Assembly (NCBI RefSeq): GCF_018350175.1
Contig: NC_058382.1
Location: forward strand, 59,708,001-59,772,000
Origin: Felis catus
Taxonomy: Eukaryota
Length of the DNA stretch: 64,000 bases
Reading direction: 5' to 3'
A model generated the notes under the pieces. The model did no database searches. It worked only from the letters and a program-made list of their open reading frames with translations, and was not told where the DNA came from. Every line of letters begins with the position of its first letter. The first letter of the stretch is position 1. Shown here piece after piece: positions 24,555 to 36,042 of this stretch. Position numbers and translations under genes: made by a program.

Positions 24555-25072
24555 CCGTTTTCTCTGCTGCATAATAAATTACCACCAGTTGAGTGGTTTC
24601 AAACACCCAGTTATCGAGGGTCAGGAATCCAGGCTTGGCTGTGCTGGGTCTCCCTCCAGACCTCCCAGGCTGCCGTCACCGTGTCGCTGGGCTGTGCTCT
24701 CATCTGGAGGGTCAGCCGGGAAGACTGATTCCAAGCTCACTCACTTTGTTGGCGGTATTCTAATCCTTGTGGCTGAAGCCCCGAGGACCTCACTTCATCT
24801 CTGGATCTCACCTCGAGGCCACGCTCAGGTCCTGCCTCACGGCCCTCCCCGTGGGCATTCCCTGGCATGGCTGTTTACTGCTGCAAGGTCCGCAGGAGAG
24901 TCTCTCCCTCCGTCTGCTGAGACAGAGCCTTATGTAACAAAATGAGATCCTGGGAGTGGCATCCCACAGTCTGTTGGTTAGAAGCGCGTCACAGATCTTG
25001 CCCACACTTGAGGGGAGGGGATCACGCAGGGCGTGGTTCATTGCCAGTCACCCTAGGATCCGTCTGCCACAG
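24555..25072 (-). mobile_element. MaLR LTR (MLT1F/G-like)
   Basis: tgctgcataataaattaccacc, ggtcaggaatccagg, ttccaagctcactca, tctgttggttagaagc..gtcacag, tctgccaca. Confidence 0.75.
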
Positions 25073-26724
25073 CACAAGACTGAAAACAGTTCAGAAGGCC
25101 TGTGCTCCAGACCATTTCTGCTACTGCTGTGTGACCTCAGGCAAGCTACTCACCTTCTCTGGGCCTCGGTGTCCTCATCCATCAAGCAAGTGGTAGAGGT
25201 CAACGGTCAGTAGTTTCAACATTGAAACGGATGCACGTTTTTCTTATGTTCAGAGAGCGTCTTTAGCAATGCTGTCTTTTGTGTCAATCAGGAGTGTTCC
25301 CAACTGCGGCTGGGGGGCTAACAGTCACTAAGGACTTGCCATGGTTGAATGGCTGACACACACATCTGTATGATTCTACAAGGGCAGGATTGCCCTTGCT
25401 TCCCGGGCCAGGAAACCTGGCTCAGAGAGGCCAAGGGACCTACCCAAACCACCCAACTAAAAAACAGCCGGGCTGGGCACTCGGCCGAGGCAGGCCCGAC
25501 TTCAAAGCGTGTGCCCTTCCCGCTGTCCCCTCTATCTCTAATTGGCAGCTGTCACTGCTCTCTGATGGAGTTTAACTTTCCAGTGGGCAGGCTGGAGGGG
25601 CAGGCAGAGGCTGCCTCCTCTGACCTTGATAAAGTGCTGGAGAAAAGCCTGGGCCTGTGGCCACGCCCTCCCACTGACCCCTCCCCTTCCCCCACCTTGC
25701 TGCTTTCATCAGAGCTCAGGGCCCAGCCTCTGCAAGGAAGAGACAGTTTGACCTTCTGGTGGCAGGTTGCCCATCACCATACATCTTTATGACGTCCTGT
25801 CTCCACCGTCATCGACTGCGAAATTGTCCTTGGAACCTGCTGGTGCCTTTCTGACTTTTCCTGGGGTTTCTGAAGGAGGGAGGCGGCCTTCGCACACCCA
25901 GAGCAGGACAGCTCGAGGAGACGTTTACAGGGTGTGATTTACAGCGACGTGGGCAGAAGGGGGCCCACGAGGGTAACGTGGTTATTCTGCGTGGACAGGG
26001 GCACAGCTGCTTCCACACTGAGCACCTGGAGGTGAGTGGTGCTGACCCTTGGGGGAGCGTGTGGAGCCACAGCCTTGAGGCTCGTGAGCTTCAGGTGAGG
26101 GACAGCCGGCCAGAGGCGACCCTGGGGGAAGGGATCTGGAAGGGGAAACACTCAGACCTCCTTCTGCACCTTCAGGCTCCTGTCGCACCAGGGCACCCTG
26201 TGGGCAGCCAGAAGCCAGACCGCAAGGATGGCTGTTTTTGCAGAAAGTACAGGTCAGCTCCTGGGGCGGAGAGCAGGGTGGACAAGGATGGAGTGTGGAC
26301 AGGCAGGATGGTTTGGCTTACACTGTGCGGTGGCGGCCATCCGAGCGGGTGTTTGTGCAGCATCTGCGTCACGTTTTGTGGCGCGTGTTTGTGGCAGGCC
26401 GAGAACGCGGCCCAAATGGTACAGTGAGCAAGTACCCGAGCCGCTGTGCTGGTCCGTCTCTGCAACAGCGGCCTGGGGAGAGCTGTTCTGCTCTGTAGAT
26501 GGAGAATTGGGGGGGAGGGCAGGCTCGAGGGAGGACGTGAGGAGGGATGGGGCAGGGAGGGCGGAAGGGAGCCAGGGGGAGGCTGGGCTGGGAAGCAGGG
26601 TAAAGAGCAGTCTGACTCTGATGGCAGCCTGCCTTGAACGGTAGTGGCCTATGACCGCCAAGTGCAAACTGTGCACAACTTCGGGGCAAAAGCCATATCC
26701 TCATGACTTTATGGTCGAGAAGGA

Positions 26725-26920
26725 ATTTATTTTTTCATTTGAGAGAGAAAGAGAGAGAGAGAGTGCTGGGGAGGGGGGCAGAGGGAGAGAGAATCCCAAG
26801 CACGCTCCACACTCAGCACAGAGCCTGATGCAGGGCTTGATCCCACGACCCTGGGATCACGACCTGAGCTGAAATCAAGAGTCAGATGCTCAACAGACTG
26901 AGCCAGCCACCCAGGCACCC
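26725..26920 (-). mobile_element. CAN-SINE (older subtype)
   Basis: gacctgagctgaaatcaagagtcagatgctcaacagactgagcc..ccaggcaccc. Confidence 0.92.
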
Positions 26921-26934
26921 GAAGAGGAATTCTT

Positions 26935-27660
26935 TAACAAGATTCCCAAACTGTGGAAGAAAATATTGATGGCTTTGGCATTAAAAATGCAAAATTTTCT
27001 GTTAGAAAGAAAGGCCGTAAAAAACAGTGAAAACACAAGTCGCAGATTAGAAGGTGCTTGCGGTATAAATACCCAGTGAAAGAGGAACATCCACATCTGA
27101 AGAGCTTCTGAAAATCTGTAAGGAGAGGACAAGGAACGCGATGGAAAGACGAGCAAAGGGCACAAGCCAGCAAGGCGAGTCGAAGAGAGAACGTGCGTGG
27201 TCCACGTGCGCGTGCACACCGCGGGGCTCGCCGGTCCACGGGAATACACAAGTCACGTCACAGCGTGATGCCTTTCCGTGCCCGGCAGCTTAGCAAGCGG
27301 AAAGCCCCTGACCACACCAGGCGCGATGAGGACGGGGGAAGTGGGCGTCTGACGCCCTGCTGCAGGGGGAGTCCCTGCACGCAGCACCGGCAGGGGGGAA
27401 GCCACGCCCCTGTGATGACCCAGCAGTCCTCTTTTGAGGCCAGGCTGCAGAAAAATGCTCTCAAATGTGCAAAGACACACCCACGAACGTTCACTTGTTT
27501 CCAATAGCCAGCGGCCTGGAAGGTCAGTCGGTGGGGGGACGAATCACTCACTAAGTTATGGTAAATTCGTACAACGTGATACTGGAGCCGTTACCCTGGA
27601 TGAACGAAAGCTGATAGGCTGAATGGCAGATGTGGCGCCCCTGGCATGAAGTTTGAAAGG
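26935..27660 (+). mobile_element. Old L1M 3' fragment, strongly GC-drifted
   Basis: attaaaaatgcaaaattttctg, gagcttctgaaaatctgtaagga, atggaaagacgagcaaagg and aagttatggtaaattc follow the order of L1 ORF2 end / 3' UTR motifs. Confidence 0.6.
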
Positions 27661-27859
27661 ATGCCCAGAAAAGGTGGTCCAGGGTCTCCCGGGAGCTGTT
27701 TGCAGTGCGATTCCCCCCTCCCCCCCTCGGGGAGCACCCTCTGCACGGGCCAGGGCGGGAGCGTGGGGGACAGGGAGGTGTGTGTGAGCAGAGGCGACGG
27801 GATGTACATGTCAGTGCGAGTGAGCGTGCAGGGACAGAGGTGCACAGGTGACGGGAGGT

Positions 27860-28100
27860 ACACGTGAGCGCGGGTGAGTGTTGGTGTGGAGCAGTGTGTG
27901 AGTGAACGCATGGGCACATATATGGGTGAGTGTGAGTGGGTGTGTTTGAGTATGTGGGTGTGTTGGAATGTATGTGTGCGACTGTGAGGTTGAGTGTACA
28001 TGTATGAGCGTGTGAATATATGTGAAAGGAAGTGCGAGTAGGAATATGTGTGCCTTGTGATGAGTGTGAGCAGTGTCTCACTGTGGGTGTATGAGTAGGT
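27860..28100. repeat. (TG)-rich low-complexity tract
   Basis: Degenerate tgtgag/tgtgtg repeats. Confidence 0.85.
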
Positions 28101-28894
28101 ACTAAGGTGGGCTGAGTCTCGGGGTCGCAGGTGTGAAACCCTAAGTGGCCCCCCAATGCCGGTGAGTCCTGGGCCATCACCGAGGTCCCCATTAATGGTC
28201 ACGGGCCACTGTGCCAGCTGGGGCCAGGAGGGGGCCACCCGCGGAGCAGGGTCGCTGGCCTCTGTAGGAGTCGCCTTTGACAGAGGAACACAGTGACGGG
28301 ACCCAGGCAGGAGGACCTTGCGTCCCCCAGGTTTATAGGAAGGTTCCTACCACGTGCGCTGCCTGGGCCGTCCAGCAGGTGGCGATGCCTAGGCAGTTTG
28401 CAGAAGGATGTCAGGGTCCCCGGCCAACCCCCTGCGTTCAAGCTGGGGAAACTGAGGCAGGAGGTCTCCTGCCCCTGAAGCTTTTCCTTCCACACCAGGG
28501 AATTCATCCCTGTAGGTGCCACGTGTTCATGGGGACTTGCCTTGTGCTGGGGGCCGTGAACAGCCGTGAGCAGGGCAGGTCAGGGCTCCCTCTGGAGCTC
28601 GTGTCCCTGAGACAGGACAGGTGCATGCCCAGTGGGAAGCGCCTGACTCTGAATCAGTGCCCACATCCCACACCCCGCACGGTCTGCCTGTAAGCTCCCC
28701 CTCCCCCCGCCAGGGTCGGCTGACCCTGAGCCCCCTCTGGGATTCACACTTATCACTCTGTACCTTCATCTGTCATTAGCCCCTATTCTCTTCGTGCCTG
28801 TGTGTTTCAGGGACAGGCAGCACATCCTAGTGCACAACAATGCACATCCTTTGCCCTGCGAAGGCACTGGGACCCCTCTGCTTTATTGGAAGGT

Positions 28895-29300
28895 GTGATG
28901 GGTTGAATTGTGTCCCCCCAAAGGAAGTCCTAACCGTTACCTGTGGATGTGGCCTTATTTGGAAATACGGTCTTTGGAGAGGTCATCAGGTTAAGCTGAG
29001 GTCATGTTGGACGGAGTAGCATGAGCTTTAAGTCCTCAGTGTCAGGTGTCCTTATGGGAAGGGACACAGAGACAGACACACACGCCAGAGAGGCCACGTG
29101 ACAACAGAGGTACAGAATGGAGGGACGTCCTGGGCTGCTGGTGAGAAACTAGAAGAGACGGGAAGGATCCTCCTCCAGAGGGACTGTGGCTCTGCTCACC
29201 CTTGATCTCGGACTTGTGGCCTCGGGAATGGGAGAGAACGGACTTCTGTTGTTCTAAGGCCTGTGGCCTGCGCTGCTTTGCTCTGGCGTCCCCAGGGCGC
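28895..29300 (+). mobile_element. MaLR LTR (MLT1B/C-like)
   Basis: 5' end tgtgatgggttgaattgtgtcccccca, atgtggccttatttggaaat, ccttgatctcggacttgtggcctc, ttctgttgttctaag. Confidence 0.85.
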
Positions 29301-31307
29301 TGGTGCGGAGGGCATGCCCAGGACTGGGAAGGAGCCTCCTGGCTCACCGCAGCCCTGACACGCAGGCTGGCTCCCTGGCCCGGCGGCCGCCGATCGTGGG
29401 CCAGGGGGGCACCTCTGGGGCAGGGGGAGCAGGCGGTTCCCACCCAGACTCAGCCCAGGCCTCTGCTCAGAAGCTGCATGCAGATCCCTCAGCCAGCACG
29501 TTCGTGCGCACGTGTCCCTGTGTGTCCCCCGTCCCTGGCCCATGCGTGCTCTGAGCACACACCTGAGTGCTGCTTCAGACTGAGCACGGTGGGGAGTCCT
29601 GGGTCTGCCACTGGCCGAGCAGGGACTTCAGCCCTGAGCCTCAGCTTTCTCATCTATAAAAGGGGCTAGTGACAGCAGGCTCACAGGGCCGTGCTAGGGA
29701 CGAAACTGGACACCGGTGTCCCGCACACTGGGCAGGTGCTCAGTAAACGCTGAATCACTTCTGTGGGTACTGGGCACTGCTCCGAGCAGAGCAGGGGTGG
29801 GCACGGCAGCTCCTTGATCCCCCTCCCCCCCGGGAGGTGGCCCCCCTCAGCAGGGGTGCTGGCGGCTGGCGGGGCAGGCAGAAAGGGCAGACCTGGGGGA
29901 GCAAGCACTCGGGCAGGGAGGGCGTCACCAGAGGGCCGAGAGAAGAAAGTCCACCCGAGTATGGGATTCACACATAAAGCGCCCACGTGCTTTGTGGCTT
30001 AAAACCCGAGGATTTAAGAGAACACAGAGGTTCTAATAGAGGAGCTTTGGAAATGGACGAACAGATGCCGTGAGGTTCCCGAGTGGGACATGAGCACTCC
30101 GGAGGCACTCAATCCAGCCAGAAGGCTCCGGAAGTTGGGGTAGAGCGAATGGCACATGGTGGGGGGGTGGGGGTGGGGGTGGTGTCGTGTGATTTTCTGA
30201 CAACACGTGTCAGAGATCCAGTTTCAGAGACCTTAAAATCCATTCATGCGAGGATGGGGACTCACCATGGCCCCTCGGGCAGCAGCAAGTGCAGGCAGGA
30301 GTGGACAGGGGGCTGGGAGTCCGGCCGGCGGGGCAGGGGTGGGGGTGGGGGACACCGACAGCGGCCCTGGGGGCCAGGTCTCGGGGCTGCACGGTCCAGC
30401 CCGCTGAACCACCCTTTGCGGCCAGAAGTGTTCACTTCCACTCGTAGCAGGAATAGGAGCCCCGGGGGAGAGACGTTCAGGTTTGCCTTTTGTTGCCTTT
30501 TTTAACGTTAGATATTTGTGTAAGGCCCCCTGCTGGGCGCCTGGTGGGGTGCCATACTGTCCATGTCGGGACACACAGACCACAAAATGGCGCGGTTATT
30601 CATATCAGATCTGTCACTCCAGTTTAAACTTTGGTGGGGTGGCTGTTTGAAACCACCGGTCAAACGCGGGCCTCAGGGTCCCTGGGCATCTTCTCTGTAG
30701 CCACCTGGGTAAAGCCAGGCCGGCCAGAGAGCAGTCTCAGACACAAAAGCCACTTCCCACAAGCAGATGTTCTTGTCGGCGTTCTTCACCCTGGAAAATA
30801 TCGGAGGCGGTGGACACGTCCAACAACAGGGGACAGTAACGTGAACAGTGCTGCCTGCTCCAGACAGAACATCCGAGGACCGTCCACAGAGGCCGCTAGA
30901 GATGTTAGCACACGCCCTCCGAGACCCAGCGATTTGACCTCCCAGAATCCATCTCAAAGACACCCCCAAGGGAGAGCACACATGTTTCACAATCATTGTG
31001 AAAAGCGGGAATCCGCCTCCCTGTCACCCAGCAGAGACGTGCTTGAACGCAGTTGCACACTTGGAGAGCAAATGGAAACAGAGGGGCACGTTCAGAGAAC
31101 GTAGCAGAGGGTCGGTTTGTGAAGGTGCCTGTGGGGCTTACGGTGGGTGACAAAGGCTGCGGAAGCCAGCGGCCCCAGCCTTCCGGGAACGCGGCCCCTG
31201 CCCGCCTTGGGGGAGGAGGGAGGGGCCCCCCTCGCGGTGCAGGGCCAGCAGAGCAGGTGGTCCGGGTCCCCAGACATGCAGCTACAGCATTTAAAAATGT
31301 ATATGAG

Positions 31308-31502
31308 GGGGGCACCTGGGTGGCTCAGTCAGTTGGGCGTCCGACTTGGGCTCGGGTCATGGGGTCATGATTTCGCGGTTCTTGAGTTCGAGCCCTGTGC
31401 TGACAGCTCAGAGCCCGGAGCCTGCTTCGGATGCTGTGTCTCCCTCTCTCCCTCCTCCCTCCCCCTCCCCCTCCCCTCTCTCTCTCAAAAATAAATAAAC
31501 AT
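31308..31502 (+). mobile_element. CAN-SINE (first of a tandem pair)
   Basis: Head, CT tract and tail; internal gggtcatg duplication. Confidence 0.93.
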
Positions 31503-31519
31503 TTAAAAACCGTATATGA

Positions 31520-31717
31520 GGGGCGCCTGGGAGGCTCAGTTGGTTGAGCATCAGACTCTTAATCTCCACTCAGGTCATGATCTCACAGTTTGTGGGTTTG
31601 GGCCCCATTTTGGGCTCTGCATTGACAGCATAGAGCCTGCTTGAGATCCCCTGTCTCTGCCCCTCCCCTGCTCTCTCTCTCTCTCTTTCTCTCTTGATAA
31701 ATAAATGAGGTTAAAAA
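31520..31717 (+). mobile_element. CAN-SINE (second of a tandem pair, older subtype)
   Basis: ggggcgcctgggaggctcagttggttgagcatcagactcttaatctc head, CT tract, tail. Confidence 0.92.
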
Positions 31718-31990
31718 AAAAAGTGTATATGAGTATATCCAGAACTCCTAAATGTGATGTATTTTCGTGTCTTTGCTCTCCTCTCTCGGTCGGGGTGGGG
31801 GTGAGACTATACAAACGACGTTGTATGAATATACACATATATACATATGTACATATATTTTATGTATTTATACATACCTACATATGTTTAAAGTGAAAAA
31901 TATAACAGCAACACATATGTAGATATGATCTTAGGTTTGTAAATAAGCAAACAAATGTATACAGAGATGGTTTTTGAAATTCACAGTCTG

Positions 31991-32217
31991 GGGGCGCCTG
32001 GGTGGCTCAGTCGGTTGAGCGTCCGACTTCGGCTCAGGTCATGATCTCACAGCTTGTGAATTCGAGCCCTGCGTCGGGCTCTGTGCTGACAGCTCAGAGC
32101 CTGGAGCCTGCTTCGGATTCTGTATCTCCCTCTCTCTCTGCTCCTAACCCACTTGCATTCTGTCTCTGTCTGTCTCAAAAATAAATAGACATTAAAAATA
32201 AATAAATAAATAAAATA
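31991..32217 (+). mobile_element. CAN-SINE
   Basis: Canonical SINE; TSD aaattcacagtctg / aaattcgcagtctg. Confidence 0.96.
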
Positions 32218-34576
32218 AAATTCGCAGTCTGGCCTAGTGAGTAGCAAAAGGTTATCAGTGACAACCCCTAGATATTAGGGTTAAGGGTGATCTTTTCTTC
32301 GTCTCTCTCTTCATTACAGCTTTTCACTTCTGAATATTTTGCAATGGCTACGTACTGCTCTTACCACGAGAAAACTAGCTATTTGGCAATAAATACATAC
32401 ATAAACGTTGCAAGGAAAAGCAGCGCTTACCAGGATTACGAAATAGAGTGGACAGACTCTTACCGACATTTGGTGGATGGGACTAGAAGGCAGGCTGCCT
32501 GCGCGTGCTCAGTGTGCGACAGACGCGGACTCAAGCCACCCTGCCTGGGAAAGGAGACGCGGGGTGGCCCTCTGCTGGGAAGGGGCCGCTTCCGCCCGCT
32601 CTGTCTGCACTCAGCTTTTCTTTAAGATTCCTGCACAAAAATGAAGCAAACAGGCTTTAAAAAGAGGGTAGGACGGCTCAGCAGCAAGGAAGGGAGCTGA
32701 ACTCCATTTCTGGATGAGAGGAAGGCGTCACGTCGGATCTAGACAGTCCTGTAAGGCAGAGCAGAGTCCTCTGTCCCTGTCCCAGAAGGGTAGACCGAGG
32801 CCCAGGGGGGCTCACGCTCCTTCCTCGCTCACTGTGTTGCATTGTCTGTCTCCCCGCAAGAGCTCTTACGACAAGACGCTCTTATGATCCCCGTAGCATT
32901 GAAAAAGACAGAGCGGTTATGCAACTCGCCCAAGGCCGCACAGCCAGAGGCAGGCTTGGAATCCCGGAGCCAGACTCCACCAGCTCCGTGCTTGCCGCCT
33001 CCAGGAAGGGCTCGCCCGCCCGGGTCCACGGTTCAGACCTTACTGCTGACCGCCGCCGTCCTGCCTGCGCCCAGGCCGGTCCCCTTGCCTGAAGTGCCCT
33101 CACGTTTCCACTCTTCCCCGGGGGGTGGTGGCTGGGCTAAGTGGGCCATGTCCCTTCCCACACACGCTGACTTGCCAACCAGCTTTGGGCCATGCCCCTC
33201 ACACCCAGCCTCCCAGGCCAGCGGCCGCTTATTCACAGCTGGGTACCATCTCCGCCTGCCGGCCGGCCAGTATTTCCCCATCCTGCCTCCACTTCCTGGA
33301 AAATGAGTGTAATGGTTGGTGACTGGAGGGGCCTGGCCCGGAGTGGCCTTCCTGGCCGGCTGGGCCCCGGGGACATGGTGGGCACAGAGACAGCCTAGCT
33401 CCTCCTCAGCTGCAGGCTCAGGGTCCAAGTGCCTGCCAGTCCTGTCCTCTGCTCTGGCCTGGTCCTGTTTCCCCTCCAGGCAGAACTGAAAGCCCGGAGT
33501 CGGCCTGTGACCCCAAGGGTTTCCAGGCTGGGACTGGGGTGGGATGGGGTGCGGGGCAGAGGCCATTGCTTCCAACAGCCTGGACATCCCCACCGCCACC
33601 TGGGCTCTCAAAGTTTCATAATTCCCACTGTTCGGGAGGGCCAAGAGTCCCCGGCAGCCCAGCAGTGAGGCCTGATTCCCACTGGAACAGGGATTCCTAT
33701 GGGGTTCCCGGAGAGACTCAGGGGTCTGTAAACTCAGATGGGAAGAAGAAATTACACCTTTCTCCCACCAATCTTTAACTGATACGTGCAGCCTCCAGCC
33801 TCAGCAGGGTTAGCCGGGAGGCAACTTTGCTGTCCATGGAGACCTCAGAGGGAGTCATGTCAGCCAGAGTCAGGGCATCTCAGAGTAACGCTGTCCTCAC
33901 CTCCAACCTCCCCGGCAGGTGCTGTGATCATCCCTGCTTCACAGATGAGAAAACCAAGGGTCCGCAGGGTGACATCACTACTCAAGCTCGTGAACTTGAA
34001 TGCAGGTCCGTCTGACCACTCCAACCCATGCATTCTCTTATTTTTTGACACATTCCAGAGTATGTACATTTCTCCCTAAATACTTCAACATGCATATCAC
34101 ACAAGGCGTCAGTGTTTCAGACACTTAATTTTACTTCTGCAAATGCAGATGGCCTGCCTCCTTCTTGCCTATCCCCATTTCCAACCTCCAGCCACAGGCT
34201 GAGAGACCTGGGCCGGGAACCTGCAGGACCCTCTGAATTCCTCCTAGACCCCCGGTTGCTGGAGGACCCTCTTCCTTGGGGAATCTGAGGACAGAAGCAG
34301 GGGTCTTAGCTTGCTGGGGGGCTCGTTCCTCTTGAAGCCTTCAGTGCGAGCCCAGGGCCGCCTTTCCGCCGTGGAGAACGATGTGCAACTTGTTTCTTTG
34401 GATGTCCTGCCAGCTCTGGCGCTGATGTTGAGCCCCTCACCATGGACCGGGTGCTCCCATAGGTAGTGAGTCCTCCGTCACTGGAAGCAGTTAAGCAAAG
34501 ACTGAAACAAGCTCTGGACAGGGTGGGAAGATGTCACAGAGTAGATGGAAACCTGGGAACAGGGCTTAAGGTGCAT

Positions 34577-34766
34577 CAGGGGTTCTCAGCCTCCGCACAG
34601 TTGAGGTTCTGGGCTGGATAACGCTGCTGCGGGGCCTCCCTGCACCCCGAAGGCTGTTTCACAGTATCCCAGTCTCTGTCCACTAGATGCCAGTAGCACC
34701 TCCCACCCAACCCAAGTGATGGCCCCCCATGCCTGCAGGGATCTCACACCCTGTGGAGAAGCCCTG
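34577..34766 (-). mobile_element. MER20 hAT-Charlie element
   Basis: caggggttctcagcctc..gggctggataa..ccactagatgccagtagcacc..gagaagccctg matches the reverse-complement MER20 pattern; degenerate TIRs at both ends. Confidence 0.8.
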
Positions 34767-35444
34767 GGGTAGAGGGGATTGAAGGTCCCTTCTGTCCTGA
34801 AACCTCAGGATTTATTCTGTTCCTGGGACAACCCCCTCGGTCCTCTCTGTTCACAGTGCTGCCGCCTGTCCGTTGCTATGGAAACTGGGAATTTTCTAGC
34901 CCCTCTATCTCCTTGCCCACCTCATGTACACACTTTCAAAGCCTGTGTGCAGAGCCCAGGGGACAGCCCTCAGTCTCCTCTTCTGTCAGATGGGAGCAGC
35001 AGTCTTCTGACCTCCCGAGATGGAGTCAGGGAGGATAAGGGAGTGGTGCCGGTAAAGTGTGCAGAGGGCAGTCGACTCCTAGAATCAGGACGAGAGTCTG
35101 CGCTGGTGGGAGGGGTGGCGGACCAGAGGAGAGGAGGGGTGTTGACATCCCACCGGAAGTGAGGGGAGGGGGTGAATGTGCAGAGGTGGCAGGCTTGACA
35201 GTGTGCTGTAAGACCTGCCCTCGGGTAGTCCTTGCCCCTGGGGGCAACAAGCCCCTAGGCGGCTTTAAGCAGGGGTGAGTGACATACTGGGAGGGAGAAG
35301 GGGGTGGGAGAGGGGCTTAGGAGACAGGCTGGAGGCGGTTACAGCGGTCCTGGAATTAGACAATGAGGGCTGGGCCCAGTGTGATGACCAGAGGAGGGGC
35401 TGGGCAGAGGGAGAAGCAGGTTCTAAAGGAGCATGAAGAGCCAG

Positions 35445-36042
35445 GGGTGGAGTCAGGCCTCCTGAGGGTGGAGCTACGCCTCCTGAGGGTGGAGCTAGGC
35501 CTCCTGGGGGTGGGACTGGGCCTCCTGGGGGTGGAGCCAGGCCTCCTGAGGGTGGAGCTAGGCCTCCTGGGGGTGGGGCTGGGCCTCCTGAGGGTGGAGC
35601 CAGGCCTCCTGGGGGTGGGACTGGGCCTCCTGAGGGTGGAGCTAGGCCTCCTGGGGGTGGGGCCAGGCCTCCTGAGGATGGGACTGGCCCTCCTGGGGGT
35701 GGAGCTAGGCCTCCTGGGGGTGGGGCCGGGACTCCTGGGGTGGAGCCAGGCCTCCTGGGGGTGGGACTGGGCCTCCTGAGGGTGGAGCTAGGCCTCCTGG
35801 GGGTGGGGCCAGGCCTCCTGAGGATGGGACTGGCCCTCCTGGGGGTGGAGCTAGGCCTCCTGGGGGTGGGGCCGGGACTCCTGGGGTGGAGCCAGGCCTC
35901 CTGGGGGTGGGACTGGGCCTCCTGGGGGTGGAGCCAGGCCTCCTGGGGGTGGAGCTAGGCCTCCTGGGTGGGGGGCCCGGCCTCCTGGGGGGGGGGGGGG
36001 CAGGTCTCCTGGGGGTGGGGCCAGGCCTTCTGGGGGTGGAGC
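35445..36042. repeat. 21-bp G-rich minisatellite (~28 units)
   Basis: Unit approximately ggcctcctgggggtggagcta with variants (..gggactg, ..ggggcca, ctgaggg). Confidence 0.95.

Noticed and set aside
35445..36042. CRISPR-like array (also considered for 49975-50420)
   Set aside because: Eukaryotic DNA, no unique spacers and no cas genes; these are ordinary tandem repeats.
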